Assembly (NCBI GenBank): GCA_023389745.1
Contig: JAEWED010000197.1
Location: 1,212-65,211, forward strand
Direction of reading: 5' to 3'
DNA length: 64,000 bases
Origin: Actinomycetes bacterium
GTDB lineage: Bacteria > Actinomycetota > Acidimicrobiia > Acidimicrobiales > Microtrichaceae
Part shown: positions 16,909-24,546 of the stretch, piece by piece
Layout: each line of letters starts with the position of its first letter
How positions within the stretch are numbered: the stretch's first letter is position 1
Translations under genes and position numbers: made by a program
The notes under the pieces: model-generated
Databases searched by the model: none
Told to the model about the DNA's origin: nothing
What the model saw: the letters and a program-made list of their open reading frames with translations, nothing else

Positions 16909-17493
16909 ATGCCCAAGAAGATGCTCCTGATCCCCCTGGCGCTGCTGGCGAGCTTCACCCTGGTCGCTGCCAGCTGCTCGAGCGACGACGACGCCGGTTC
17001 GGAGGACGCCACCACGACCACCGCCGCCGAGGACATGGAGACCACGACCACCGCGGAGACGGCGACCCAGGGCGAGACGATCGTCGACATCGCGGCATCG
17101 AACCCGGACTTCTCGACGTTGGTCGATCTGGTCACCCAGGCCGGGCTCGTCGAGACGCTCTCGGGCGACGGTCCCTTCACCGTGTTCGCACCCACCAACG
17201 ACGCGTTCGCCAAGGTCGACCCGGCCACGGTGTCGGCGCTCACCGCGGATCCCCAGGGCGCGCTGACCGACGTCCTCAAGCTGCACGTCATCTCCGGTGA
17301 GGTCACGGCGGCCGACGCCACCGCGGCGGCCGGCACCTGCGTCGACACCCTCGGCGGCAAGGTCAAGGTCGAGCAGTCCGGTGACAACCTCACGATCGGT
17401 GGCGCGACCATCGTCGACACCGACATCGAGGCCTCCAACGGCGTCATCCACGTGCTCGACGGCGTCATCACCGCCCCGTCGACGGACTGCTGA
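16909..17493 (+). CDS. fasciclin-domain lipoprotein
   Basis: MPKKMLLIPLALLASFTLVAASCSS is a lipobox signal. It also has TVFAPTNDAFAK and NGVIHVLDGVI (FAS1 motifs). GAAAGAGGA lies before the ATG. Confidence 0.85.
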   Translation: MPKKMLLIPLALLASFTLVAASCSSDDDAGSEDATTTTAAEDMETTTTAETATQGETIVDIAASNPDFSTLVDLVTQAGLVETLSGDGPFTVFAPTNDAFAKVDPATVSALTADPQGALTDVLKLHVISGEVTAADATAAAGTCVDTLGGKVKVEQSGDNLTIGGATIVDTDIEASNGVIHVLDGVITAPSTDC

Positions 17494-17557
17494 TGCGGCG
17501 CTGCTGATCAGCTGACCGGGGCTCCGCTCCCCCACCCCCCGTACGAGCCCCGCGTCA

Positions 17558-17591
17558 CGACGGGACGGCACACCGTGGTGCCGTCCCGTCG
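17558..17591. terminator. bidirectional hairpin (14-bp stem, 6-nt loop) between convergent genes
   Basis: CGACGGGACGGCAC-ACCGTG-GTGCCGTCCCGTCG. Confidence 0.6.
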
Positions 17592-17596
17592 GCGCG

Positions 17597-18319
17597 TTAG
17601 GCCCGCCGTTCGAAGCGCAGGAACAACAGGCGGGGCACCGACGCCGCGTCCTCGTACTCCTGGGCTCGTGCCAGGAAGCCGGGGGGCGGCGCCGGTTCCT
17701 CCATGCGGACCAGCGACAGGCCCAGGTCCGCGGCGGTGTTCAGGTAGCGCGACAGCGGTCGGTGGAAGAACCGGATGAACACGCCGCGTTCGACCTCTTC
17801 GAGGGTGTCGGTCTCGGCCAGGTACGGCCCGATGCGCCAGTACTGCTCGGGCGGGTCGAGCACCTGGTCGTCGATCCACCCGGAGCCGGGGGTCTGCAGC
17901 AGCGGATGGTTCAACAGGAACAGGAAGGTGCCGCCCGGGCGCAGCACCCTGGCCACCTCGGCGAGCGCCGTGTCCAGGTCCTCGATGTGCTCGAACACCA
18001 GGCAGGCGACCACGACGTCGGCCGAGGCGTCCGCCTCGGGCAGTGCGGTCGCCGAGCCCTGCAGGTAGGTGGGTCCGCCACCCCGCTGCTCGGCGATCTC
18101 GATCTGCGCCATGGCCGGGTCGACACCCAGCACGTCCAGGCCCTGTGCGGCGGCTAGCCGGGCGACCTGGCCCTCGCCGCAGCCGACGTCGATCATGCGG
18201 CCCTGGTCGGGCAGGTGCTCGGCGATCAGCGGGAGGATCTGCTCGGTGTACTCCGGGTCGGCGCCGTCGGTGAACTCCCGCTGCCACCACTGCGCGTGCT
18301 CGTCCCACGGGTCTGACAT
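17597..18319 (-). CDS. class I SAM-dependent methyltransferase
   Basis: MIDVGCGEGQVARLAA (motif I), VVVACLVFEHIEDL and LRPGGTFLF. I chose the start at internal ATG 18319. Confidence 0.85.
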   Translation of the reverse strand: MSDPWDEHAQWWQREFTDGADPEYTEQILPLIAEHLPDQGRMIDVGCGEGQVARLAAAQGLDVLGVDPAMAQIEIAEQRGGGPTYLQGSATALPEADASADVVVACLVFEHIEDLDTALAEVARVLRPGGTFLFLLNHPLLQTPGSGWIDDQVLDPPEQYWRIGPYLAETDTLEEVERGVFIRFFHRPLSRYLNTAADLGLSLVRMEEPAPPPGFLARAQEYEDAASVPRLLFLRFERRA

Positions 18320-18387
18320 GTGCGTGCTCCTGAGTCGGGGGGAGGGCGGGACGCTACTTCCGCTGAGCGACCGGTTCCCCTTCGCGC

Positions 18388-20250
18388 TCAGCTCCCGTCG
18401 ACGCGGTGGAGGTGCTCGTGCACCGCGATACCGACCGCGTCGGGCAGCCACGGCAGCTCGAGCAGGTCCGACAGCTCGGCGGCTCGCACGTTGCGGATGC
18501 CGCCGAACTCCTTGACCAGCCGGGCCTTGCGCTTGGCGCCCAGGCCGGGGATGTCGTCGAGCACCGAGGCGGTCATGCGCTTGTCGCGCCGCTCACGGTG
18601 GAAGGTGATCGCGAAGCGGTGGGACTCGTCGCGGATGCGCTGCAGCATGAACAGCGCCTCGGAGCCACGCGGCACGTTGACCGGCTCGGAGCGTCCCGGC
18701 AGGTAGACCTCTTCGAACTGCTTGGCGAGCGAGGCGACGGGGATCTCGTCGGTCAGGCCGAGCCGTTCGAGCACCGCCACCGCGACGCCGAGCTGGCCCT
18801 TGCCGCCGTCGACCAGCAGGAGCTGCGGCGGGTAGGCGAAGCGGCCGCGCTCGGCCACGGGCTTGCGACGATCGGCCAGGTAGGCGGTGAACCGGCGGGT
18901 GAGGACCTCGTCCATGGCGGCGAAGTCGTCGTTCTTGGGGATGTTGACCTTGAAGCGCCGGTACTCGGACTTGCGGGGAAGGCCGTCCTCGAGCACCACC
19001 ATCGAGCCGACGTAGTCGGTGCCCTGGAGGTGGCTCATGTCGTAGCACTCGATGCGCAGCGGGGCCTCGGGCAGCTCGAGGGTCTCCTTCAGCTCGTTGA
19101 GCGCCTTGGCCCGGCTGTTGTGGTCCGACGCGCGGCGCAGGCGGTGACGGGTGAAGGCCTCGGTCGCGTTCTGGGTGACCGTCGCGGCGAGCTCGCGCTT
19201 GGAGCCACGCTGCGGCACCCGGATCTGCACCTTGGAGCCGCGCTGCTCGCTGAGCCACTCCTCGTAGACGTCGCCGTCCTCGGGCAGCGTCGGCACGAGC
19301 ACCGCCTTGGGGTAGCCCACCGCCGGCGGGTCGCCGTAGACCTGCTCGAGCACCGCGGCCATGGTCTGGTCCGGGGACAGGTCCATCACCTTGTCGAGGA
19401 TGAAGCCCAGCCGGCCGACCACACGTCCGCGACGGATGAAGAAGACCTGCGCGGCGGCCTCGAGGTCGTCCTCGTGCACGCCGAAGATGTCGACGTCCTC
19501 GTTCTTGTCGCCGACCATCTGCTGACGTTCGACCGCCCGTCGGACCGTGGCGAGGCGGTCACGCACCCTGGCGGCCTGCTCGAACTCCATGTCGGCCGCG
19601 GCCGCGCGCATCTCGGCGTCGAGTCGGTCGAGCACCGGTTCGAAGTCGCCGTCGAGGAAGTCCATGAGCTCGGTGACGAGCGCGTCGTAGTCGGGCTTCG
19701 AGATCTCGCCGACGCACGGCCCGGAGCACTTCTCGATGTGGAACATCAAGCAGGGTTTGCCGAGCCGTTCGTGGCGGCGCAGCTTCGCGTCGGAGCACGT
19801 GCGGATCGGGAAGGTGCGCAGCAGCTCGTCGAGGGTGTCGCGGATGGCGTAGGCGTGCGCGTAGGGACCGAAGTAGCGGGTTCCCTTGCGGCGCCGGCCC
19901 CGCATGACCGTTGCCCGGGGCCACTCGTCGGCCAGGGTCACGGCCAGGAACGGGTAGCTCTTGTCGTCGACGAGCCGGACGTTGAACCGCGGCCGGTGGG
20001 TCTTGATGAGGTTGTACTCCAGCATCAAGGCCTCGACCTCGTTGCGGACCTGGATCCACTCCACCGTCTCGGCCGTCGCCACCATCTGCGCGGTGCGCGG
20101 GTGCAGGTTGCGGGGGTTCTGGAAGTAGTTCGACAGGCGCTGGCGCAGCGACTTGGCCTTGCCCACGTAGATGACCCGGCCGTCGGCGTCCTTGAACTGG
20201 TAGCTGCCCGGGGTGTCGGGGATCGTGCCTGCGGGTGGACGTTGGACCAT
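18388..20250 (-). CDS. uvrC: excinuclease ABC subunit C
   Basis: PGSYQFKDADGRVIYVGKAKSLRQRLSNYF (GIY-YIG domain), a UVR domain (EFEQAARVRD), and a C-terminal HhH (LDDIPGLGAKRKARLVKEFG). Confidence 0.95.
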   Translation of the reverse strand: MVQRPPAGTIPDTPGSYQFKDADGRVIYVGKAKSLRQRLSNYFQNPRNLHPRTAQMVATAETVEWIQVRNEVEALMLEYNLIKTHRPRFNVRLVDDKSYPFLAVTLADEWPRATVMRGRRRKGTRYFGPYAHAYAIRDTLDELLRTFPIRTCSDAKLRRHERLGKPCLMFHIEKCSGPCVGEISKPDYDALVTELMDFLDGDFEPVLDRLDAEMRAAAADMEFEQAARVRDRLATVRRAVERQQMVGDKNEDVDIFGVHEDDLEAAAQVFFIRRGRVVGRLGFILDKVMDLSPDQTMAAVLEQVYGDPPAVGYPKAVLVPTLPEDGDVYEEWLSEQRGSKVQIRVPQRGSKRELAATVTQNATEAFTRHRLRRASDHNSRAKALNELKETLELPEAPLRIECYDMSHLQGTDYVGSMVVLEDGLPRKSEYRRFKVNIPKNDDFAAMDEVLTRRFTAYLADRRKPVAERGRFAYPPQLLLVDGGKGQLGVAVAVLERLGLTDEIPVASLAKQFEEVYLPGRSEPVNVPRGSEALFMLQRIRDESHRFAITFHRERRDKRMTASVLDDIPGLGAKRKARLVKEFGGIRNVRAAELSDLLELPWLPDAVGIAVHEHLHRVDGS

Positions 20251-20357
20251 CGCCCTCCACGCTACCGGCGCCCTGTGACGCGCTCGGTCGGCCACGGTGG
20301 GGTCCTCAGCTGCCGGGAGCGGTCCCGCAACCCAGGCCGAGGCGACCGACCGTCAGC

Positions 20358-21380
20358 TCAGCGCGTCCCGGGCGGTGCGGGGCAGGGGCGCGGGTTGTAC
20401 GGGAAGTCGCACTCGACGATGGCGATCGGGCCCAGGTCGGCCGGGTCGTGCGACACGATCGCCTGTTGCACCGGTCGACCGTCGGGCCAGGTGCCCATGT
20501 CGCCCAGGTCGACGTCGCACCACTCCCCGTCGAGCGCGCAGCGGCCCGTCGCGTCGGCGACGCGCCAGTCGGCCCAGCGGTGCAGGTGGTCGACCGACAG
20601 CTGGCCGAGCCACGGCAGCGTGAAGCCGACCGGTCCGAAGTGGTCGGCCCACAGCACCTCAGGACCGGAGTGGTCGGTGCGCACCATGACGTGCACCTTC
20701 TGGTCGGCCGGCAGGTCGGTGGCCTGCATGAGCTCGATCGCGATCCGGTTGTCGATCAGCGGGTCGTCCTCGTAGCCGACGACCGCGACCCGCGTGTGCG
20801 ACGGCACCTCGATCGGCCCCGGCGGCAGCTGGTAGGCGAACGCGGCGGCGTAGAGAACGGTCCACAGCGCCTCGCTGCCCCAGCCACGGGCCGCGGCGAG
20901 CTGCACCATGCGCAGCGCCATGCCGCCACCCATCGAGTGGCCCAGCACCCCGACCCGGGTGGTGTCGATGCGGGGCTCGTGCGCTGCGGCGGTGACGAAC
21001 CCGGTGTCGACGATGTCGTACCAGTGGTCCGGGTCGAACGGGATGGGCCACGCCGGGAACACGACGACGAACCCGTTGCTGACCAGGTGGTCGATCATCC
21101 CGCCGTACGCGGCCGACAGCGAGCCGAAGTAGCCGTGCGCGAGCAGCACCACCGGACGCGAGTCGTCGCCGCAGGTCCCGCCGGTCCAGGGCGAGCCGCT
21201 GCCGGTCGGCGAGGCGATCCGCAGCTCCATGGCCGAGTCCGCCGGGTTGACGACGTGCTCGTCGGCGACGCCGCAGGGCCCGTCGGCGCCGGGCGCACCG
21301 ACGCTGGGTGGGTCGCCGATCGGCACGGGCGTGCACGCGGCCGCCACGAGCGCAGCTGCAGCCATGAGCACGCTCGTCAT
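20358..21380 (-). CDS. secreted/lipoprotein alpha/beta hydrolase (dienelactone hydrolase / PAF-acetylhydrolase-like)
   Basis: MTSVLMAAAALVAAACTP is a lipobox signal. VVLLAHGY and VGVLGHSMGGGMA (GxSxG) are present. I chose the start at internal ATG 21380. Confidence 0.7.
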   Translation of the reverse strand: MTSVLMAAAALVAAACTPVPIGDPPSVGAPGADGPCGVADEHVVNPADSAMELRIASPTGSGSPWTGGTCGDDSRPVVLLAHGYFGSLSAAYGGMIDHLVSNGFVVVFPAWPIPFDPDHWYDIVDTGFVTAAAHEPRIDTTRVGVLGHSMGGGMALRMVQLAAARGWGSEALWTVLYAAAFAYQLPPGPIEVPSHTRVAVVGYEDDPLIDNRIAIELMQATDLPADQKVHVMVRTDHSGPEVLWADHFGPVGFTLPWLGQLSVDHLHRWADWRVADATGRCALDGEWCDVDLGDMGTWPDGRPVQQAIVSHDPADLGPIAIVECDFPYNPRPCPAPPGTR

Positions 21381-21540
21381 CGCTCCCCACCGTCGCCGAC
21401 CGCCGCCGATCCGCCCGTCGTGCACTGCCCCCATCGGCCCGCCTCCCCGCGTCGCCCCGAGATCATGTCCGATCCGGCGCCCCGCACGCCACGAGCCCGA
21501 TCGCGCCATGGTCCGCTGCATACCTCGTCCCGTCGTCCGG

Positions 21541-21660
21541 CCTTCGCGAACGGCACCGCCCGTCTGCACGGCCGGCTCCTTCGCGAAGGCTGCGATCAGC
21601 GCCGGCCACTTCCTTCGCGAACGCGACCGACCGCCCGCACGGCCCTCGCCGTCGCGAAGG
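21541..21660. repeat. four spaced copies of CC(T/G)TCGCGAA(C/G)G, each with a TCGCGA palindromic core (TTCGCGAA in three)
   Basis: Copies lie at 21541-21552, 21578-21589, 21612-21623 and 21649-21660 (spacings 37/34/37). Together they amount to a ~71-bp unit duplicated in tandem. Confidence 0.85.
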
Positions 21661-21903
21661 ATCCGGGACACCTGACGATTCGCCCATCAACGGGTGTCGC
21701 ACACGGGAATCGGCGGTGAACGAACGGTGCTGTCCTGGTGAGCGCGCACTGTGTACGCTCACCCTGCCGGCCTGGTATCCGGCACCATCAACTTCTGAGG
21801 CCGACATCCCCGTGGCGTGGCGACCAGGCTGTCCCCACCGGCTGAATCTCAGAGGTCTTCATGGTCGAGTGGCGAGAGCCGCCCGGCAGGAGGTCCCGAC
21901 AAC

Positions 21904-23013
21904 ATGCTGCGTCTCCAGTCCAGACTCCCGGACGAGTACACCGACGCCTCGGCGGAGGAGCTCGCCGATCGGATCGCCGCGGCGAAGGCCACGCTCGGCG
22001 AGCGTCTCTTCATCCTCGGTCACCACTACCAGCGCGACGAGGTCATGCGCTGGGCCGACGCCCGCGGCGACTCGTTCCGCCTGTCGGTGCTCGCCAAGGA
22101 GCGCCCGCAGGCCGACTACATCGTCTTCTGCGGCGTGCACTTCATGGCCGAGGCCGCCGACATCCTGACCGGTCCGCACCAGCAGGTCGTGCTGCCGGAT
22201 CTGAACGCCGGCTGCTCGATGGCCGACATGGCCGACATCGACTCCGTCGAAGAGGCCTGGGAGTCGATCGCCGAGATCACCGACATCGAGCGGGTCGTGC
22301 CGATCACCTACATGAACTCCGCCGCGAACCTGAAGGCGTTCGTCGGCAGCCACGGCGGCGCGGTCTGCACCTCGACCAACGCCCGGGCGGTCCTCGAATG
22401 GGCCCTCGAGCGCGAGGACGGCCCCCGTGGCCGGCAGGTGCTGTTCTTCCCGGACCAGCACCTGGGCCGCAACACCGGCTACCAGATGGGCTTCGACGAG
22501 TCCGACATGGCGGTGTGGAACCCGCGCCTCGACCTGGGCGGCCTGGACGAGGGCACGATCAAGGAGCGGACCTTCCTGCTGTGGAAGGGCCACTGCTCGG
22601 TGCACCAGCGCTTCCGGCCCGAGCACGTCGAGGCGTTCCGTGCCGAGCATCCCGACGGGATCGTCGTGGCGCACCCCGAGTGCGCCCACGAGGTGTGCTC
22701 GATCGCCGACATCGTCGGCTCGACCGACCGGATCATCCGGGCCGTCGCCGAGGCGCCCAGCGGATCGACCATCGGGGTCGGTACAGAGATCCACCTGGTC
22801 CAACGGCTGGACGCGGAGACCCCCGACAAGACGATCGTCTCGCTCGATCCGCTCGTCTGCCCGTGCTCCACGATGTTCCGCATCGACGGCCCGCACCTGG
22901 CCTGGACGCTCGAGAGCCTGGTCGACGGCCGGGTCCCCAATCGGATCACCGTCGACGAGGACACCGCCCACTGGGCCCGCGTCGCGCTGGAGCGCATGCT
23001 CGACATCACCTGA
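21904..23013 (+). CDS. nadA: quinolinate synthase
   Basis: LFILGHHYQRDEV...VFCGVHFMAEAADIL...TYMNSAANLKAF...VAHPEC...VGTEIHLV...CSTMFRI. I chose the start at internal ATG 21904. Confidence 0.9.
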   Translation: MLRLQSRLPDEYTDASAEELADRIAAAKATLGERLFILGHHYQRDEVMRWADARGDSFRLSVLAKERPQADYIVFCGVHFMAEAADILTGPHQQVVLPDLNAGCSMADMADIDSVEEAWESIAEITDIERVVPITYMNSAANLKAFVGSHGGAVCTSTNARAVLEWALEREDGPRGRQVLFFPDQHLGRNTGYQMGFDESDMAVWNPRLDLGGLDEGTIKERTFLLWKGHCSVHQRFRPEHVEAFRAEHPDGIVVAHPECAHEVCSIADIVGSTDRIIRAVAEAPSGSTIGVGTEIHLVQRLDAETPDKTIVSLDPLVCPCSTMFRIDGPHLAWTLESLVDGRVPNRITVDEDTAHWARVALERMLDIT

Positions 23014-23081
23014 GCACCGGCTCTCCAGCGCGATCGCCAGCAGTAGAGCGCGCTGGAGCGCATGCTCGCCATCACCTGAGC
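22983..23081. repeat. direct duplication of the nadA 3' end including the stop codon (33 nt, 1 mismatch, 66-bp offset), with an inverted copy of its first 10 nt in between
   Basis: CGCGCTGGAGCGCATGCTCGaCATCACCTGAGC at 22983-23015 matches ...CGcCATCACCTGAGC at 23049-23081. CTCCAGCGCG at 23023-32 can pair with either copy. Confidence 0.9.
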
Positions 23082-23250
23082 GGTGCTTGACCGCCGCCCA
23101 GGCGGCGGATCAGCACACAGCTGGTTCGCCGAGAGACCTGAGCGGTGCGGGAACGCCGCCCAGGCGGCGGATCAGCACACAGCTGGTTCACCGAGAGACC
23201 TGAGCGGTGCGGGAACGCCGCCCGGGCGGCGGGGTGACACACCTCACTGG
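23075..23250. repeat. 62-bp tandem repeat, about 2.7 copies, each with a GCCGCCCAGGCGGCGG dyad
   Basis: Units start at 23075, 23137 and 23199 (CCTGAGCGGTGC...). The first two full units are near-identical and the third decays. Confidence 0.85.
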
Positions 23251-23482
23251 ATCAGCGGGTTCTGGGCGGGAACGCCCATGTACTCCAACGGGTTGGACTC
23301 GTTACGGTCGACCACGGAGGTGAGTCGGACCGGCCCGTCGGGACCTTGAGTGACATGCAGCACTGCGCTGAGCCGCCGCTCAACGGCACCCTTGACAGAC
23401 CCCCGTATCATGGACTTTCGGTCGTCCCCATGGCGTTGACGTACTACGGCGTTCTCTGAGCGCCGGACCGCCCCGAGCGGTC

Positions 23483-24478
23483 GTGAAGTACTGCCGGACA
23501 GGACGAGCGTTCGGCCCCAGCACGAAGAAGGTGTTCCACTTGGCGAAGCAGCGAGCAGAACGCGACGAGGAAGACCTCGTTCGTATGTATCTGAGCGACA
23601 TCGGCCAATATCCCCTGTTGACCAAGGACGACGAGGCCCGTCTCGCTCAGGCCATCGAGGCCGGCGCCGCCGCGGCGAAGGAGCTCGAGGAGGGTGGCCG
23701 CAGCGTCTCCCCCGCTCGCAAGCGTGAGCTCCGTCGTGCCATCCGTGCCGGCGAGGACGCCGAGCGCACGTTCGTGCAGTCGAACCTCCGTCTGGTGGTC
23801 TCGATCGCGAAGAAGTACCAGGCCTCGGGCCTGCCCCTGCTGGACCTGATCCAGGAGGGCAACCTGGGCCTGATGCACGCGGTCGAGAAGTTCGACTGGC
23901 GCAAGGGCTTCAAGTTCTCGACCTACGCGACCTGGTGGATCCGCCAGGCCCTCACCCGAGGCATCGCGAACACGGGTCGGACCATCCGTCTCCCCGTGCA
24001 CGCCGGTGACACGCTCTCGCGTCTCCAGAAGGCCCGTGTGCGCCTCGAGACCTCGCTGGGTCGCCCGCCGACCCTGGCCGAGCTGTCCGCGGATCTCGAG
24101 ATGCCCGAGGCCAAGGTCACCGAGACCCTGCGCTTCGCCGCCGACACGCTGTCGCTCTCCACGCCGCTGCGTGAGGACGGCGACGCCGAGCTCGGCGACA
24201 TGGTCGAGGACCGCACGGCGGAGTCCCCCTTCGAGTCGGCAGCCATCTCGCTGCTGCCCGACGAGATCGGCCGTCTCCTCTCCCCGCTCGACGAGCGTGA
24301 GCGCGAGATCCTGCGCCTGCGCTTCGGCCTGGACCGCGGCGAGCCGCGGACCCTCGAAGAGGTCGGCGAGCACTTCAACCTGACCCGTGAGCGCATCCGC
24401 CAGATCGAGGCACGCGCCATGTCCAAGCTGCGTCACCCCAGCGCGGACACCGGGGCGAAGGACCTGCTCAGCGTCTGA
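23483..24478 (+). CDS. RpoD/SigA-family sigma-70 factor lacking region 1.1 (SigB-like)
   Basis: DLVRMYLSDIGQYPLL (region 1.2), NLRLVVSIAKKY..LDLIQEGNLGLMHAVEKFD..GFKFSTYATWWIRQA (region 2), and LTRERIRQIEARAMSKLRH (region 4.2). The start is uncertain; a TTG near 23540 is also possible. Confidence 0.9.
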   Translation: MKYCRTGRAFGPSTKKVFHLAKQRAERDEEDLVRMYLSDIGQYPLLTKDDEARLAQAIEAGAAAAKELEEGGRSVSPARKRELRRAIRAGEDAERTFVQSNLRLVVSIAKKYQASGLPLLDLIQEGNLGLMHAVEKFDWRKGFKFSTYATWWIRQALTRGIANTGRTIRLPVHAGDTLSRLQKARVRLETSLGRPPTLAELSADLEMPEAKVTETLRFAADTLSLSTPLREDGDAELGDMVEDRTAESPFESAAISLLPDEIGRLLSPLDEREREILRLRFGLDRGEPRTLEEVGEHFNLTRERIRQIEARAMSKLRHPSADTGAKDLLSV

Positions 24479-24501
24479 GCGTCCTGACATCTGAACACCG
24501 C

Positions 24502-24535
24502 ACTCGGGCCGGTTCCTTCGGGAGCCGGCCCGAGT
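24502..24535. terminator. bidirectional hairpin with TTCG tetraloop between the convergent sigma and uvrA genes
   Basis: ACTCGGGCCGGTTCC-TTCG-GGAGCCGGCCCGAGT, a ~15-bp stem with one G.U pair. Confidence 0.65.
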
Positions 24536-24546
24536 CGCGTCCGGGA

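Noticed and set aside
21537-21903. NAD+ (nadA-motif) riboswitch upstream of nadA
   Set aside because: The two-tandem-domain architecture is suggestive, but I cannot align the conserved nucleotides of that motif from memory. The repeats are more than 245 nt from the start codon, and that class is reported from Acidobacteria. It is kept only as a generic structured or operator array.
23075-23250. Possible CRISPR array (also considered for 31618-31743, 34008-34082 and 41333-41558)
   Set aside because: These are contiguous tandem repeats with no unique spacers between units, and there are no cas genes. The unit lengths and structure do not fit CRISPR.
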